DNA from: Nemertoderma westbladi
Lineage: Eukaryota; Animalia; Xenacoelomorpha
Assembly: GCA_032718475.1 (NCBI GenBank)
Contig: JAUCBJ010005339.1
Span: forward strand, 1 to 40,208
Reading direction: 5' to 3'
Length of the DNA: 40,208 nt
The translations under genes were made by a program, and so were the position numbers. Below the pieces are notes generated by a model that was not told the DNA's origin, made no database searches, and worked only from the letters and a program-made list of their open reading frames with translations. Shown here piece by piece: positions 35,888 through 40,208 of the stretch (the stretch's first letter is position 1; each line of letters begins with the position of its first letter).

Positions 35888-38800
35888 TTGATTGAGGGCA
35901 GGAGGGATATGATTATGTATTGTGGTGTGAAAAACAGTCTCTTATCATAATCTATCACACTTGTTAACCTTTTTCAGTATAAATGGCTCTGGCGGTTGAG
36001 TATCTACATTTTGTAGATAGATATGTACCTTAAGGTCTGGGGGCAGGCCCTACATTACGGTACCGGTACCGCAGTACCGGTACCATTTAGCAATGATAAT
36101 ACAGTAACTGGTTCGCAATATTTAGAAATATGTGCAGTACAGCAGTAACTAAGAGCGCAGATTTTCCCATACCGGTACCACCTCTTACATGTAAAAGTGC
36201 AATAAATTAATGTCGCAAATATTGAAAAAAATGTTTTTATATACAGTTGTTCCTTTTTATTTCTAATAATTCTATTTCTATATATCTTACAGTTACTTAA
36301 ATTCCGGAAAGATTTAGCAACCGATATGTATTAAATGATTATTTTTTTAAGTGATATATTCTTTTGTATATAAATAATATAACATTATGAATATAATTAT
36401 ATACTGGTATTTGTAGTTATCGTCAGTTTGTTATTGTTCGGTATTTTTATACTGTGCAAAATTTATTTCAGATTCCATAGTTTATACTAGTAATTTGTTC
36501 CGCAATGTGGTACGGAGTTGGTAAGAGTGAATGTTAATGTTATTAGTCAAACTTGAAAGTAAATGTGCAGTGCAGTCAGTTTCTCTTGATTATTTGCCCA
36601 CTTTCTGAAATATAAATATTAACTTGAGTTAGCTTTCAATGTTTTACTTATAAAAGTATTATATATACCCATCCCATACCGATATAATTTTCATAACCTA
36701 CTGTGGATCGGTTATTACCGCAGATACAGAGTTACACACATTCGAGAAATGTTATTATCACCAATATATACCCATTATAAATGTCCTTGGTGGGCAATTT
36801 TTTTGAGGTGGGGGCAATAAGTACTTTAAATTCAGGAAAATATAGGCCTACTTACTATTATGTTGTTAGCACTGGTGTGAATGGAACTAGGTAAAATTGT
36901 GTTTAAAAAAAATTGAGTCATATATTGTCAATCCGTTGACATGGAATGATAATATTGCGGCGTCTTTATACGCAACCCTAAGCCTGTGTTGTCCTTGTCA
37001 TCTGTACTAAAAGCAGAAAAGAGAATATCGTTACAGTTATTAGAATAAAGTTATTATAAGCTCATAATTTCATCTGAAGCAGAATTTAATGAGGTTTTCA
37101 AATCTTAAAACGGCTCAGCGAGATCAGGCAGACTGAATTCCCACAAACACTAAAACTGGCGTCTGAAATGTTCATTGATATACACCATGTCCTGGAATAT
37201 AGTGTCGTTATTCAAGTAAATGGACCCCCCCCCCCACCCAAATTTTTCTACAAATCTTAATGAGATTGCATGAAATTTGAAACAGAGATAGTTTCACCTC
37301 CCTCCTCCTTGCTGGATGAGCCAGAATTTTTATTTTTGCTTTCATTCTTTAGCTACAAGCGTTTGAAAATGGTGTCTCCGGTGATATTTCACCAGTTACA
37401 CTGCAGTTATTCATGAACCTTATCGTGATTTGTTGGTACCAATAGAGAGCTAACCATGCAAGGATTACACGTTCGTGGGGCCTTCGCGCAGCACGAGGTC
37501 CAGTTATGAGATACAAATTAAAATTAAGCGACTGTATCACAAAATCAGGTTTTGAGAAATTTACCCACACCACCAATCAATCAAAGAAAGGGGGACAGTA
37601 CGTGTTCACCCCTTTTAATCCCCCCCCCCCCCCACCCTTCTCAACCACCAATACATAACCGTGACATCTACCACCCACGGAAGGGTAGAACGAACTTATT
37701 TCCAATCGCACGTTAAATATGCAAAGCCAGGTGGTGTATATGAATATAATCAACGCCGTACTCGTCTTAATTATTATAAGCGTCGTTCAATCGTTGCGCT
37801 CGTCCAGAGTAAGTCCCCCCTATCAGAAAGATTTACTCAACAAAAAATAGTGTAAATAAATAAACAACTACAAGGATAAGAGGTCATGTGTAGGAAAGCT
37901 AATCAGACGATACCTTTACTAATATATTGAGCTGCATTGATCTATACATAGTAATGTTGGGTGATGGGGGGGGGGGGGGGGGGGGGGTGAGGGGTAGGGG
38001 GTGTCTGGGTGGGTTGTTAGTATTAGGGTGCACAATATCGACGCACGCGCAGGAATGTGTTGATGTTTAATAGCACCGCATTCCCGCGTTAGAAAGCATC
38101 CCCAATTGGAATAAATAAATAAATTAAACGCGTTTCGTTATGTTCCTCGACTTATATTATTCTCTCCACGGACGAGTTATTAGCTGCTAGACAGGTAGAC
38201 CTAGTCCCCCACAACAACGGTCATACCTTCAATCAATCAATCAATTGAGCTCATATGAGCTCGTATATTAGTTTTATTTATAAATTGAAATCTCACGAAT
38301 TAATAGGCCTATTAGCTGATTAGTGAACTATCATATGTTAGACCATATATATATATTATATATTGGACCTTATCAAAATAGCGGTTGTACTGGGGCGGTA
38401 TATGTTGTTCTCTAACCCACTGCAAGCGCATTTGAGGGGCCGGTATGTTTTAATAACTTCTGGTACAACGGGATGCAGTATTACAGCGCCAAGTAGATTT
38501 AATCTGATCAGAATATTCCGGACGCTAAGTTCATGTCATTCCCGATAAGTCGGGACTTTACAAAACTCGTGGATAAAACCGCGTGTAGCAGAGAGCAGAT
38601 AAATTGGGTTGAATTGCAAAACAGAATAATATGGAACTGTAAGTGGAACTGCGGCGATTTGGGTTTTTTTGTTATGGTGAATAGTCAGCCTGTCCGCGAT
38701 ATGTTCAGCTGCCCTTTTTAATGGGTTGCAGGTACAAATGAAATACACATTGCAGTTACTAAAATAAAAGTGGCGCATATTATTGTACATTTACAACAAC

Positions 38801-39679
38801 AATTATATAAATGCAATATGCCTGATCCCTATTAATGTACTTTGTACCGCCAATTCTGTAATTCAATAACGCAAAGCCGCGTTTACTGTACAGCAGCACG
38901 TAATATATTTGATACTTATTATACTAACTAAACTAACAAACCGCAAGGCCTACTTACCGAAATAAATTAACTTTCAGTTAAATACAATATACTTGTTTGC
39001 TCTGTAAAAATTTTAATTAAAAACAATCCTGCCATTTAATATACCTAATTAGCATGGTTGCGTAAGCAGTATGAATTGGAATGAAATTGTGAAATAATTT
39101 ATTTAAACTATTATGTACATTTAGATTAAATAATAATACAGTAAGTTGGCCTACAGAAATAAACATTGATATTCGGAACAGTAAAACAATTATTTATTTC
39201 ATTCATTCAACTAACCAGAGAGACTCATAGCTCCAGTGAATATTAACATCCCGACGTTACTTTAGTAATAATATTAATGTCATTGAACCCGATACACACA
39301 CACCTCCAATCAGCCAGTTCAATGGAGAGTGAGTGAATGGATGGCTACTAGCAGCAGCAGCAGTCTGCCTCTTACAAGCAAGGCTGACTGAATACCTCAA
39401 GTGTTGCTGGGAATCAAGCCAACTTGGATGTTAACCAATAAATGAGCAGTATTTAATGAGAATACATTTTTTATGCCGGTTTAATTACTTTAGATCAATT
39501 AAAGACACGATTATTAAAGCAAATCACTTGAACTAATTAAAAACTATAATAGAATGGAGTATGCGGATTACATCTGTATATTTTTTAAGTATAATTATTG
39601 AAGTCTTATACTGTAAAACAATTAATTTCCTTTAAAAGGCAGGTTGAAAATGGTGTTTTTACCGTAATCAACTTAATTA

Positions 39680-39925
39680 ACTAATTAACTGCTATTATCT
39701 TAGCTTCTCGAAGGCCACACGGAAATTCTACTTGGAAAATTTCTAAACTTTTGCCATACAACATGTGTACCAAGTTTGGATAGATTTCATCAAAGATTGG
39801 CCGAGTTATTAACGTTTAAAATTGAACACGACAGAACGACAGAACGACAGAACGACAGAACGACAGGTTGATTAATGGTACCACTACGCTAAGGCTCACT
39901 CACTTCGTGGCTCGCCCCACAAAAA
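39680..39925 (+). mobile_element. Possible Helentron/DINE-like non-autonomous element containing an (ACGACAGA)5 repeat
   Basis: 8-bp tandem repeat at 39827-39866, followed by a GC-rich GGCTCACTCACTTCGTGGCTCGCC segment and an A-run. The repeat is certain; the element class and boundaries are inferred. Confidence 0.4.
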
Positions 39926-40099
39926 TGTAAAAATATTTGAATTTGGTTGGGAAATAGCAGAGATATCAGCGTTCAAAAGTTGCATGGTTTTGCACCTGCG
40001 TGAGGCTGTTTTATTCTATTAAATAAAAACACTATTCTAGAACATTTTGTTTATGTATGAATTAGCTACATAATAGTAATAGACAAAATGGATATAATA

Positions 40100-40208
40100 C
40101 TTCGACAATTGCACACCAACCACTAATAAATGTGAACTCCAACTTAATTCATGAGAGTGACGCAATCAAGTTCCTTGGAGTAGTAATAACAAGAAGTGGA
40201 ACTGATGC
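40100..40208 (+). pseudogene. Possible LINE RT C-terminal fragment running off the right edge
   Basis: Translates to INVNSNLIHESDAIKFLGVVITR, which contains the K(Y/F)LGV RT motif. Confidence 0.45.

Noticed and set aside
36000-39600. Short ORFs at 37349, 37661, 38363, 38533 and 38536
   Set aside because: No recognisable domains, mostly non-ATG starts, and no supported splice model.

Overview
AT-rich eukaryotic genomic DNA, probably from a marine invertebrate (inferred from spliceosomal introns and the transposon families present); nothing here looks prokaryotic. Bases 1-13178 are a 40-bp G-rich tandem satellite with higher-order duplications, and the many ORFs called there are repeat artefacts. 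The rest is dense in transposons: a hAT-like non-autonomous element, a recent internally deleted P-superfamily element (152-bp TIRs, 7-bp TSD) that still encodes a spliced THAP protein, Harbinger-like MITEs, an IS3EU-like foldback element, RTE-like LINE fragments (one split by a TG...CA solo-LTR-like insertion), a CR1-like LINE split by a Tc1/mariner MITE, and two covarying ~175-bp palindromes. Two host-like genes stand out. One is a two-exon minus-strand gene missed by the ORF track, encoding a 109-aa secreted precursor (signal peptide, propeptide, RR site, 8-Cys Gla-like mature peptide). The other is an intronless 89-aa cold-shock-domain protein that looks more plant/protist-like than Y-box/Lin28-like. 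All family assignments come from motif recognition, not database searches.
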